Assembly (NCBI GenBank): GCA_951406725.2
Contig: OX597841.1
Location: forward strand, 8,866,001 to 8,930,000
Reading direction: 5' to 3'
DNA: 64,000 bases
Origin: Octopus vulgaris
Lineage: Eukaryota
Shown here: piece after piece, positions 15,694 through 27,979 of the stretch
Layout of the letters: each line of letters begins with the position of its first letter
Numbering within the stretch: position 1 is the first letter of the stretch
The notes under the pieces: model-generated
Database searches by the model: none
Told to the model about the DNA's origin: nothing
Seen by the model: only the letters and a program-made list of their open reading frames with translations
Translations under genes and position numbers: made by a program

Positions 15694-16712
15694 GCAGACA
15701 GCAGCAGAGAGTTGCCAGTTGTTAAATGCGGATGAATCTCCCACTTGAGGTAAGAAAAAAAGGTGGCAGGCAGGGGTCTTCAAAGGGAACAGTAATTTAC
15801 TCATTAATTACTTCATACTGAAACCAATTACTTCATATTAGCAGTAATTATTTTCATTTCGAGTCTATCTATCTATGCATGTGTGTGTGTGTAGGTATAT
15901 AATTATGTATGTATGTCTGTATCTAAGAATGTTTTATTGCTTAAGAAAAGCTCAAAATACTTAAATAAGTGATGACCATTAGGGGCGATATCAGGGCAAT
16001 AGGCACTGTGAAGAGGTTCTTAAAGGATCTTTCCATAGACACACACATCGCATTCTCAGATAAATTCTTTCATTTTTTCCCCCATTTATTCTAATCCATA
16101 TTTTCTCATCCATAATTTTTACCAAATCAGTCAATAAAATATTCTCCTTCATTGATCACAACTCCTTACCAATATTTTGTTAGCTTCACAATGCCCTGAC
16201 GGTAGAAATTTCCTGGTCTTGCAATCGAAGAATTCATTGAGCCATGTTTTCAACTTCATGGCCGAGTTGAACGAAACGCCTTGCAGACTGTTGGAGAGCG
16301 ACAATGGGGTAAAGAAATCTCGGCCTGTGTCCACGGGTAGCCTGGAGTGTGTCTCTTTTGTTCAGACCGTATGGTACCCATGCAACAAGATTTAGGACCT
16401 TACCCATCGAGTGCAGGTGATTCGCGACGGTACTATGAGAACCTCCCATCTGCTGGTTCAATTCCCTAAAGAACTGGCATGAATCCTCATGGATGCGCTC
16501 CTTCTATCGATCCTCTTTGACACTCCAACCTCATTTTCCTGATAGGTGGTCAAGTTTATTGAACTCTCAAAATGACAAACATAAACTGAAGAGAAAAATA
16601 GACATACTAAACACTCGTAAAAGTCTGGATAAATATATTTTGAGGAGAATTGAAATAATGTTGGAAAATAAGAAACAAATTAATCCGAATAATACACACG
16701 CAGGCACGCTTG

Positions 16713-16748
<36 letters not shown>

Positions 16749-19700
16749 CGTGTGTATATACCAATTGGAAAGATTTTGTAGAAAATAAGCAAAACTAGGG
16801 ACAAATAAAAAGAGAAGTACAGCAAAGAAAGCCCTTGCTAAACATAGAAACTGTGTCGTCCCTCAGTTGCTTAACTTCACATCTGAGAAGTCATCTTCAT
16901 GAAACTGGCTGTAAGATCATTCTAGCAAACATGCTCATGTGTCATATTCTTTTCTACTCTAGGCACAAGGCCCGAAATCTTTGGGGAGGGGGGCTAGTCG
17001 ATTAGATCGACCCCAGTATGCAACTGGTACTTAATTTATAGATCCCGAAAGAATGAAAGGCAATGTCGACCTTGGCATTATTTGAACTCAGAACGTAAAG
17101 ACGAAATACCCCTAAGCATTTCCCCTGGTGTGCTAACGTTTCTGCCAGCTCACCGCCTTTCATGTGTCATATTTGTAATAAGACATTTAAGTCCTGCCTT
17201 GGTCTAAAAAGGCATTTAAATATCCATAAATCAGACAAGACAACCAACACTGTACCACTTGATGTGAAACTTATTTGCATTGTTTGTGATGCAAATTTCA
17301 AACAGTTTTTGGGATTGAAAAGCCACTTAGGGGCTCATGCTTCATCTTGGGGTGATATTTGACAGTTTGCACAAACGGAAATGAAAGGACCATGTCCCAT
17401 CTAAAAGTAAAAGTGTTTTTAAATAATTGAAAAATCAACCATGTTACGGTCGGGATAAAAGAGTTTAATCAAAGTAGCCACCCTCAACTGCCACCAGGGC
17501 CTCAAGGTGTCTCTGGAACCTAGCCCTTGTGTTCCTCGTTGAGTTCCTCAGATGATCTTCGAAGGCCTTCTTCATCTTGGCCATCAGCTCAGACATTGTG
17601 CTGCAGAGAGAGTGGTTCATGTCTTTCCAAACTGCGCCGCACACATAATAATCCATGGATTTGCAATCAGGGGGTTTAGAAATTAAGAAATGGGGGCTGG
17701 TGAAGTCAAAGAAATTCTCCGACAACCACTTTTGATTATTTCTGGAAGTATGGAGACATAGTAATCCTGCAGCCACACATATGGCATTCCAGCAGAAATT
17801 TCTCCAGCCAGGGTTTCAATAGAGTCTCCACATAACCGTCTGAATTGACCCAAAAGCCCTGAGGGGTAGCACGATGTCACCCTCACTCAAGATACACTCA
17901 AAGACAGTCACTGTTTTGGGCAACTTTGTTTTTCATGATACACAGCACATCACGAGGATTTGTTTTCTTACAACTGTGAATAACCAGACAATTCTTGGTT
18001 CAACGGGATGCATTACCTTGTTCAGGAGATCTTTTGGCCTTGGTCAGGAGGTCCTCCTTGAACTTGGCTATCAGAATTTGTCCTTTGCTACCACTTGTGT
18101 AGTGGTAGCACAGGTCCTTCTTCAGGATCAGCTTCACAGTGGCAACTCTGACACCCATCTCGCTCACCAAAGCCCACATTCCTTTGTTTGGGTCTTACAT
18201 CCCCTTCCCCTGCCGTTGTGGGATGAACCTTGGCATTCAGATCCAGTCAGGATCACTGATGTACCCTTTCCTTCTGGCCATGGTGTCGTAGTCTCCATTG
18301 CAGTTCTCCATGTCACGTGCTACAGCCTTAAAAATGTTCACAAAGCATTGAGCACCAGTCAGGATGTTGGCATTTGGGTACCTGGGTTGAATCCTCATGA
18401 TACAGGTAACTCGTTTCTAATATGCAGATGCCTGCCACACCTCCATCTCAGCTAACTTTGTTTTTCTCAACGAATCCTTTCACTGATCGCCAACATATCA
18501 AGTGGTCCCTTAAGAAACAAGACATAGCAGATCGTTAAATATGACCCAGACATCCAAGTACTTGTATATACAAACATTCTCGGCTGTACATGCATAGTGT
18601 ATATATTATCTTTATACACACATTTATCACGGAATAGCATTGAGGGAAATCTCCCTACGCAACCCCGAGTGTTAAAGAACACTGAATGTCTCCGAACAGG
18701 CCAGACAACTGTCCCCTACATGAGCTAGAATGGTAGATATCGATATTTCCCCATTATTGTAGTTCCCGGGTACCATGCATTCAGTGTTCTTTAACACCCG
18801 TCGTTATGTAGGGAGTCTCCCAGAATGCTATCCCGCAACAAACTGGCGGATAAACAAAACACATACACTATCAATATGCGACCGATAAAGTGTGTGTGTG
18901 TGTGTGTGTGTGTATTTACTACACAAGAATTCACTATAAACGAAATATCAAGTGTTGAACATTTTCAGTGAGTTGATAGATACAGAGAGAGGGAGATGCA
19001 TGATTCTACACACGTAAATGCATATATGTATATATGCGTACACACATAAATGAGTGTATGTAGAAGAGGTATGCATACACATGTGTGTATATATATACAA
19101 ATATAAATATTATTGAAAACAATTTTATTGCTCAGCAAGAATAAAGCACCATAAAAGGTAGAATTATAAATATAGAAAGCAGGCGTACACGAAGTACGAT
19201 CATTGCTAGAAATAGCAGCCGGTAAGCTATTGGCGATATGTAGAGCATCACTGAATATTTACAGGCAGAGCCGCTAAGTTATGGGGATATAAACAAACCA
19301 ACATCGGCTATCAAGCGCTGATCGGAGGATAAACACAGACACACACACAAATATAAACGTGTGTGTGTGTGTATGTCTGCGTTTGTCCACTCATTAGTGC
19401 TTGAGAACAGGAGTCAGTGTATTGATGTCTGCATAACTCAGCGGTTCGGCAAAGCAACTGATAGAATACTTACCTGCGTGGGGGGGGGTCGAATTGTTTG
19501 ACAAAAACGCTTCAAGGTGAAGCCCCAGCATGGCCGCAGTCAAATGACTGAAACAAGTAAAAGAATACATGTGTATATCTGTATAGATTGCTTCCCAACT
19601 GTGTGGTTCTAGGTTCAATCCCACTGCATGGCACCTTGGGTAAGTGTCTTGTACCATAGCCTCGGGCCAACCAAAGCCTTCTGAGTGGATTTGGTAGACG

Positions 19701-19978
19701 GAATTTGAACTCAGAATGTGAAGGCAAACGAAATACTGCTAATCATTTCTCCCGGTGTGCTAGCGATTCTGCCGGGGCAAGCTTGGAGAGTCGTGAGCAA
19801 ATCGGATAAGATGCTTAGCGCCATTCCGTCCATCTTTGCACTCTCAGTTCACATTCTGCCAAAGTTGACATTGCTTTTAATTCTTTCAGGGTCGATAAAG
19901 AAAGTAGCAAAGAGGCAGCAGGGTCAATGAAGTCGACCTACCCCACTAAAATATATATAAATATACATATATATATAC

Positions 19979-20368
19979 TGTGAGGTATATATGCCACCTA
20001 AATGTGGCTAACCCTTAAGGGTTGATGCCACTGTAGCTTGTAGCCCCAGGACGACATCTCCTCCAGCTGGCTATTGACACACTTTCTGTGCCCTATCAGT
20101 ATTTGCAAAGGTAAGCCATCGGACCCTTCTCCAGTCAGACATTATACACATGGACCGGAGTTTCTGGACAGGTCAATGTCCAGAAACTCGGGTCCGTGTG
20201 TATCACGTCAGGTTGAAGATGGGAAGGATGGCGTCCCTTTGCAAATACTGATAGGACACATAAAGTTTGTCAATAGCAGGCTGGAGGAGATGTATTCCTG
20301 GGGCTACAAGCTACAGTAGCATCAACCCTTAAGGGTTAGCTACATTTAGATGGCAAATATACTTCACA
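19979..20368. mobile_element. MITE with ~140-bp TIRs and TGT...ACA termini (copies ~32285-32673, ~49345-49732; left half at 4537-4720)
   Basis: tgtgaggtatat..gctaacccttaagggttgatg..gtagccccagg is mirrored by cctggggctac..catcaacccttaagggttagc..atatacttcaca. Confidence 0.88.
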
Positions 20369-20617
20369 ATGTTGTGCAGTTACAGTTCATACCTCGCTCA
20401 GAGATTTATGATATATATATCCCTCTCTCTCTTTCGGAGAGGCACTGAGCAGCTATACGCACACATACATCCACGGCAGTAACTCCCGCCTACCGAATTC
20501 AATCACAAAGCTTCGGTCAGCTCGGGGCCATAGTGGAAGACACCTACCCAATGTACCACGCAGTGGGACTGAACCCGAAACCATGTAGCTAGGAAGCAAG
20601 CTCCCTAACCACTGTGA

Positions 20618-21110
20618 GCACGTAACAAACACCATCCGATCGTGGCCGTTTGCCAGCCTCATCTGGCACTGTGTCGGTGGCACATAAAAACACCATCCAA
20701 GCGTGGCCGTCTGCCAGCCTCGTCTGGCACCTGTGTCGGTGGCACATAAAAAAACACCATCCGAGCGTGGCCGTTTGCCAGCCTCGTCTGGCACCTGTGT
20801 CGGTGGCACATAAAAACACCATCCGAGCGTGGCCGTCTGCCAGCCTCGTCTGGCACCTGTGTCGGTGGCACATAAAAACACCATCCGAGCGTGGCCGTTT
20901 GCCAGCCTCGTCTGGCACCTGTGTCGGTGGCACATAAAATCACCCACTACACTCTCGGAGTGGTTGGCGTTAGGAAGGGCATCCAGCTGTAGAAACACTG
21001 CCAGATCTGACTGGACTGGTGCAGCTTTCGGGCTCCCCAGACCCCAGTTGAACCGTCCAACCCATGCTAGCATGGAAAGCGGACGTTAAATGATGATGAT
21101 GATGATGATG
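20618..21110 (+). mobile_element. RTE-type 3' tail with ~5 tandem 60-63-bp units (also 49990-50483)
   Basis: Unit caccatccgagcgtggccgtttgccagcctcgtctggcacctgtgtcggtggcacataaaaa followed by a (GAT)n tail. Present in copies 2 and 4, absent from copy 3; copy 1 has lost this region. Confidence 0.85.
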
Positions 21111-21171
21111 ATATATATATATATATATATGTATATATAGATATATATATATATATTTATATATATATATG

Positions 21172-21206
<35 letters not shown>

Positions 21207-22089
21207 TGAAAGAGAGACAGACAGAAGGAGAGAAGGACAGAAAGAGACTATTAGCTAGATGGATGTGTAGGCAAGGGCGTGTGTGCAATGCAGTGGTGTT
21301 GGCAGTTGAGGTCAAAGAGATAATGGCAAGGAGTCATTGTTTCCTCTGATATTGCAATCTCTTATTTCTTTGGCAAATCTCAAAGTTGAAGAGAATTTCA
21401 CAATAAATGATGGCAGGTGGCAGGGAGGAGGGTCTGCAAACAGGATAAGAGCTGATAGGGGTGCAATATCACAGAAGATATATAAAGAGGAGTTGGGGGT
21501 AGGTAAGGGGGCGTTGATGGGTGTACGGTGTGTGTATACAAGAGCAACAGCTATGATAACTGTGTATGTGTGTGTGTAGTATCACTTTGTAAAGCCACAT
21601 GGTTCTGGGTTCAGTCCCATTGCATGGCACCTTGGGCTATTGTCATCGACTACAGCCACAGGCTGAGAAAAACCTTGTGAGAGGATGTGGTAAACGGAAA
21701 CTGAAAGAAGCCCATCATCTCCAAGTGTGTGTTTGTCTCTCCCCTCCCACTGCTTGACAACCAGTGTTGGTGTGTTCATGTTCCTGTAACTTAGCGACTT
21801 GGCAAAACGAGATCGACAGAATAGGTTCTAGTCTTAAAACCTAATAAGTACAGGAGTTGATTCACTTGACTAAATGTCATCAGGGCATTGCTCCATCATG
21901 GGCGTAGTTTAATGACTGAAACTAGTATAGTACACACACACACACATAAACTGGAAACAAGCTATGTTAGATGATGATTATGATACATACATACATATGT
22001 ACGGACGTATGTCTATATATGTATGTATCAATTTAAAAACTGAAATACATTTTGGCCAAAGACTAGCCCCAACCATGTCTGACTTAATA

Positions 22090-23175
22090 GCATCCCCTCA
22101 TAGGATCTATTAAATCGTTTTCAAGTCATATTTGGTGGTATTGAGCCCCATTCACGTAGGGAGTTGTTGAGTGAGAAGTACCCAGGTATTGGGGGTTTCT
22201 CTGGTATCCCCTGAGGAAATTTGTCCAGGTTTCATTTAAAGGGAATGGGATAGTATTTTTTTTTCTTTGATTTGTTTTTGGATAACATTATATGGAATAG
22301 GGTCCTGTTGAGGAAAAGAATTATATTGCTGTGGATTTATGTGTTGTGATCCTGAATTGTGTAGGGGCCATGTGACAGGTGGCCACCCTAGCCCTGGATG
22401 TATTCTGAATCAAATATTAATGTTGTTTCAGCAATGCTGGTCATGTATTCGCCACATCGTGCAAGATGGCTCTGGAGAGAATAAAGTTTCAATGCTTTAA
22501 TGTGGTCCCAATAATCAAGACGAGTCATACTTTGTATTTCTTTAATGATTGCTCTCTGGAGTGACTCATTTCTCTTAATGTTTTGTGTGGTGTGGGGCAG
22601 GGGTGGGGGACCGTAGGGGGAAGCATCATTTTAGGTGTGGCTGCTCAAAAGAGGAGAGTGGGGAAACAATTGCATCTTGCTCTCCGGACTGGAAAGTTCC
22701 GAGGATCCAGGAGCTTGTCCTGCAAGCTATATTGACTTCATTGTTGATGCATAGCAAGCATAAGACCGCTGCCCCACCCGTAGGTCCATTGAGAGACAAT
22801 AACAGGATTCTCCACCACAACGCTAAAGACATGGCTCAAGTACTACAGAAACAATACTGTCCTGCCTTTAGCGATCCCACTGATATTGATGCAAGGGATG
22901 TGAACGGGGTCAACCCTCAGCTTATTATCTCTACCATAACTGTCTCACACACTGAAGCAGCAAAGAAGACCAAACTGAACACGTGCAGTTTGCAAAAGAG
23001 AATGCCCTCAGCCGACCATATTCCCTTCCATCAGAGGAACTACTCACAGCATCCAAAAGTAGAGACTTAGGAGTAGCTGTTGAAAACAGTCTCAGCTGGA
23101 GTGTTCTCATCAACACTAAAGTCAATATGGTTCACAGAATGAGCTCCTCGATCCTTAGAACCTGCCAGTCCAAGG
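22090..23175. mobile_element. Decayed CR1/L2-group LINE fragments: minus ~22090-22760, plus ~22770-23175 (copies ~33870-34960, ~51440-52530)
   Basis: Plus strand: VGPLRDNN..DMAQVLQKQY..FSDP and SRDLGVAVENSLSW. Minus strand: SWILGTFQS..PHL and LDYWDHIKALKLYSLQ. Confidence 0.7.
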
Positions 23176-23179
23176 TGCC

Positions 23180-24150
23180 AAAATGTCATCAGACCATTTC
23201 CTCCACCTCTGTCCACCTTACATGACCATGCCAGCGCAGTCATCTATCTTGTACACCACATCCGATGTCTCCAATTTTCTCAGCACATTTCTTTGTCCTA
23301 AAAGCACCCTGGTATTGCACATCCAGTGGAGCATGCTAGTTTCTTCTCTTTCTATATCTTCTGCATTCAACGCCTAACATTTCACAACTGTGTAGCTTTG
23401 CTGTTTGTATATAGGCATCGTACAACCTACCTTTCACTCTGGGAGAAAAGCCTTTCATTACCAACTTACATAAAAGTTCTCTAAGCTTTCTCCACTCACA
23501 TCTTATTCCAGTAACTATCCTTTCAGTCTATCCTCCTCCACTGTTAATTAGCTCACCTAGATAACAGAATCTGCCTACTATTTCTAGGGAGCCTCCTACG
23601 TATTCCACAACATCTATTTCCCATGTTCTCTTATTACATATTGCTCCTGCACATCTGCCACAAAAAACTTCTGTTCTCTCTCTTTACATTCCGATCATAC
23701 CCATACACCTCTTGTGTGTCCATGGTTTGCACTGAGGACATTGTAAGCAATTTCTGCCTACACCTTGTCTATACATGGAACAGGGTCATTTACCCAAATG
23801 GATTACTGCCCTATTTTTCTGCTAACTTGAACTTGGGTCTTTGCCAACTTAACTTTAAGCCCCTTTCATTCTGGTTTTGTTTTCACATTTGGAATTCTCA
23901 AATTAATTCTCCTAAGTTTCAGCTGTAAGAACAAGATCTTCATCATAGAGGAGTTCCCATGGGTAACCAGTCTTAAATTCCTCCGTTATGGCCTTGACGA
24001 CTATGAAAAATAAGAGAGGTCTCATGACTGACCCATGATTGAACTCCCACTCTCACACTAAATTCATCTTGCTGAACTCATTGTTAACTGTCTTCTTCAT
24101 TAACTGGGCTACGGCTCTTGCAGGGACATTTATAACCTGGTCCAGTAATT
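23180..24150 (-). mobile_element. Decayed RTE RT fragment (copies ~34965-35940, ~52535-53510)
   Basis: Reads AITEEFKTGYPWELLYDEDL, VCGRCAG and FCYLGELINSGGG in copy 3; homologous to the RTE at 42300-43600. Confidence 0.85.
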
Positions 24151-24267
24151 TCATACACACAAGTATACACATACATACGTATATTTGTACATATATCTAC
24201 ACATTTACATATATACATACATACATACATACATATATACATATATATATATGTTTACATATATATG

Positions 24268-25650
24268 TGCCAAATCTGCAGCTGGTGCAAAGTCCCATCC
24301 AGACCTAGGGTTACATGGTAGAGGAACAATGCTGTTGACAAGGCCATTAGAGCAAAGAAGAGTGGGGGTAGGAGGAAACCGTATCAGATACCCAGAAGGA
24401 AAACTAGGGGACAGGTATATCTAGCCAAGAGAGAAGCAGAAAAGAAGTTTGCCTATGTTTAGGGACATGAGAACCAGAGTCTTGAAGTGTTTTGGAATGC
24501 AAGAGAGTGTATGAGAGAGATTTGTGATGTCATAGGAGAGAAATGTGATAACATAGATGATGGTTCACTAGCATTTAATGATTTGGCAAGGAAAGAGGCT
24601 TAGAAATTCCATTATGAAATACTGCTGGACATGGAGAATGAATGGGAAGAGAGTCTGCCAAATGTTGACCCAAGTGAGGGACCAGCTATCAAAAGTGACA
24701 GTATCTTGATAGATAAAGCAATTAAGAATATGTAAACAGGGAAAGGCCCCGGCCCATCAGGAATCACTGCTGAGATCCTTAAAATATCTTGGCGTGTGTG
24801 GGTAATGGTCTACTCACTCAAATCAAGTTGTTCACGAAGGAGTCATACCCAATGACTGGTGTAGCAGCACCATAGTGAACTGCTACAAATGGGAAGGTGA
24901 TGCTTTAGATAGGAATAATTGCTGAGGTATCAAATTGTTGAATCAAATGATGTAAGTTGCAGAGAGGGTCCTAACCAAACTAATTAGGGAGAGAGTTAGT
25001 CTAGAAGAGATGCACTTTGGTTTTGTGGTGCCAGGGAGAAGCACCACTGATGCTATATTTCTGGAAGGGCAGCTTCAGGAGTGTTATGGAGAGTTCTAGC
25101 ATCTAAATCTGTCCAATAGAATATTCTAGAGAGTTCTACAACTATTCATTCGATTCTATTGGACAGATTTAGATGCTAGTGATCTCCACAACAAAGAGAA
25201 ATATGTAACCAAAAATAAACCTCTGTACTTGGCTTTTGTTGACTTGGAGAAAGCATTTGACAGGGGCCCCCGATCCCTTATCTGGTCGTCAATGCTGAAA
25301 CTAGGGTTAGACGAGTTGTTGGTGAGCCGTTCAAGCAGTGCACAGGGACACAATCAGTAAGGTGATCGTTGGCAAGGAGTACAGTGAAGAATTCAGGGTA
25401 TAAGTAGGTATTCACCAAGGATCGGTTCCCAGCACCCTCTTGTTCATCATAGTTCTCCAGGCAATAACAGAGGAATGTATGACAGACTGCGCCTGGGAGC
25501 TCCTCTAAGCTGATGTCTTTGCTATAATAGATGAATCACTTCCAGAACTAGAGAAAAAGTTTCAGGTATGGAAGCAAGGTCTAGAATAGAAGGGCCCTAG
25601 AGTTAACCTAGAAAAATCTTAGTAAATAGAAGTCAGACCAATCACGAATC
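24268..25650 (+). mobile_element. Decayed RTE fragment (copies ~36040-37415, ~53620-55005; 3' piece 4721-5045)
   Basis: Collinear with 41620-42930 (gtcatacccaatgactggtgtagcagcaccatag; gcttttgttgacttggagaaagc), with many stops. Confidence 0.88.
25082..25193. mobile_element. 112-bp hairpin MITE with TGT...ACA termini inserted in the RTE fragment (copies ~36848, ~54434; half copy 39107-39152)
   Basis: ctagcatctaaatctgtccaatagaat pairs with attctattggacagatttagatgctag; imperfect 5-bp TSD aggag/aagag. Confidence 0.82.
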
Positions 25651-26044
25651 CTTTCACGTACATGCATATATATATCTGAGAGACCCCCTTCGGTCACGAC
25701 ACTGACCATGGGATTGCACCTAGAATGTTACCCTCCCAGGCACAAGTCCGGGCAAGGTTGTTTATGGAAGACCAGCAGTCACCCATGCATACCAGCCTCC
25801 CCACTCTACACCACCAGTGTTATCCAAGGGAAAGGCAAAGGGGCCGATACAGCTTACCACCTGTGACACTGCAACTCATTTCTAAGGCTGAGTGAACTGG
25901 AGCAACGTGAAATAAAGTGTCTTGCTCAAGAACACAACACGGAGCCCAGTCCGGGATTCGAGCTCACAACCTCACGATCGTAAGCTCAACACTCTAACCA
26001 CTGAGCCATGCACCTTCACATATATACACACATACATCTATCTA

Positions 26045-26156
<112 letters not shown>

Positions 26157-27156
26157 CACACACATATATCTATCTATACATACATATATATATACCCACA
26201 TATATGCATTCACATGTACACACACATACATACACATAGATTTCTTGCACTCGTTAATCAGACACCTCTCCATGTGACACACACCACTTTAAATACCACT
26301 TCAGATATTGAAATATATTCTTTGGAATGACTTTGTTCCCATTACGTCCTGTGTTAAACAGTGACAATGGGGCCATCCATGCCCACCCTCGCCAACTCAC
26401 TCTCTAAGCAACCTTGCAACACATGACATAATCTCCTGATAAACTGCTCTTCTCTCTTTGTTGTTTTTAGCAGATTAGATTAACAATGTTGACCAAAGTC
26501 TTCTCTTATCAGCAAAACAGAACATACACTCTCAGCTAATGAGGGGCTATGTACGTGGTAAATCAACAGACAAGAAATAGCAGCCAATTTTGCTGTTAAT
26601 CACACCCTTGTCTTATATCAAAAGACCCCTTAGATAGTGCAGTTCAAAATAGATGTAAAATTTTGGGATGGTCATGGATGGAATGCTTTTGATCATGAAT
26701 CCTAATCAGTGTTTGGCTGCTTCCAGTAATGGCTACTTGGTAAGAAGCTTATTTCCCAACCGCACGTTGCTGGGCTCAGTCCCACTAAGTAGCACCTTGG
26801 GCAAGTGTCTTCTACTATAGCCCCAATCCAACCAAATCCTCAAGAAGGGATTTCTTTGATGAAAACTAAAAAGAAGGCTGATGAGTTTTTGTCTGTTCCT
26901 TTGCACTATTTGGAAGCAGGTGTTGGTTTGTTACGTCCATGTAACCTTGCAGTTTGGCGAACCAGAGCGATAGAATAACTGTCAGACTTTCAGTCCAAAT
27001 ACGGAAATAATAATAATACTGCAGTCAATTTGATCATTTAAATTAATGAAGGCATTGCTCCAGCATGGCAACAGACTAGTGTATGAAAAAGCAGCATAGA
27101 ATATATGTTTGTGTGTGTGCATACACATGTATATACATACATGAGTGTTTATATAT

Positions 27157-27575
27157 ACCGTCCGTTCGTGGCCGGTTGCCAGCTCTGTCTGGCCCCGTGT
27201 CGGTGGCACGTAAAAGCACCATCCGTTCGTGTCCGTTGCCAGCATCGCCTGGCCCCGTGCCGGTGACACGTAAAAGCACCATCCGTTCGTGTCCGTTGCC
27301 AGCATCGCCTGGCCCCGTGCCGGTGACACGTAAAAGCACCATCCGTTCGTGGCCGTCTGCCAGCTCTGTCTGGCACCTGTGCAGGTGGCACGTAAAAAAC
27401 ACCCACTACACTCGCGGAGTGGTTGGCGTTAGGAAGGGCATCCAGCCGTAGAAACACTGCCAGATCTGACTGGGCCTGACGAAGCCTTCCAGCTTCACAG
27501 ACCCCAGTTGACCCGTCCAACCCATGCTAGCATGGAAAGCAGACGCTAAACGATGATGATGATGATGATGATGAT
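27157..27575 (+). mobile_element. RTE-type 3' tail with ~4 tandem 60-bp units (junction 2)
   Basis: aaaagcaccatccgttcgtg units, the conserved ggcgttaggaagggcatccag, and a (GAT)n tail. Confidence 0.85.
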
Positions 27576-27910
27576 ATATATACACACACACACACACACA
27601 CCATATATATTCAAGTAATAATCAATCTCATGTAAAAATCAACCCTCTCCTTTTGGCCTAAAAATTGGGAATTTTCCATAGACCCCGTATAAAGGTCAAC
27701 TCTTGTATTTCTCAAAGAACAAGACAACATCTGTGGGTCAAGATACCGTATTATCCTCTACATAGAAATGACACTGTTAAAAAAATTGTGTGGCTACCTA
27801 ACTGTAGGAATGGTGGAATGCTTGGTGCTTATAGTAAAATACCATTTAATAGGGAACACTTCACATCTGTTGAGGGATTGCGATTGAATGAGTGCGACAG
27901 AAAGAAAAGA

Positions 27911-27979
<69 letters not shown>

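Noticed and set aside
20618-20940. ~60-bp repeats as a CRISPR array (also 27157, 49990, 57150)
   Set aside because: Units are contiguous with no unique spacers, there are no cas genes, and the context is a eukaryotic retroelement tail.
21337-21579. 80-aa ORF shared by three copies
   Set aside because: Non-ATG start and no recognisable domain; recent duplication explains the identity.
25955-26019. tRNA gene on the minus strand (similar heads at 14877 and 39650)
   Set aside because: A/B boxes continue into SINE bodies and there is no complete cloverleaf.
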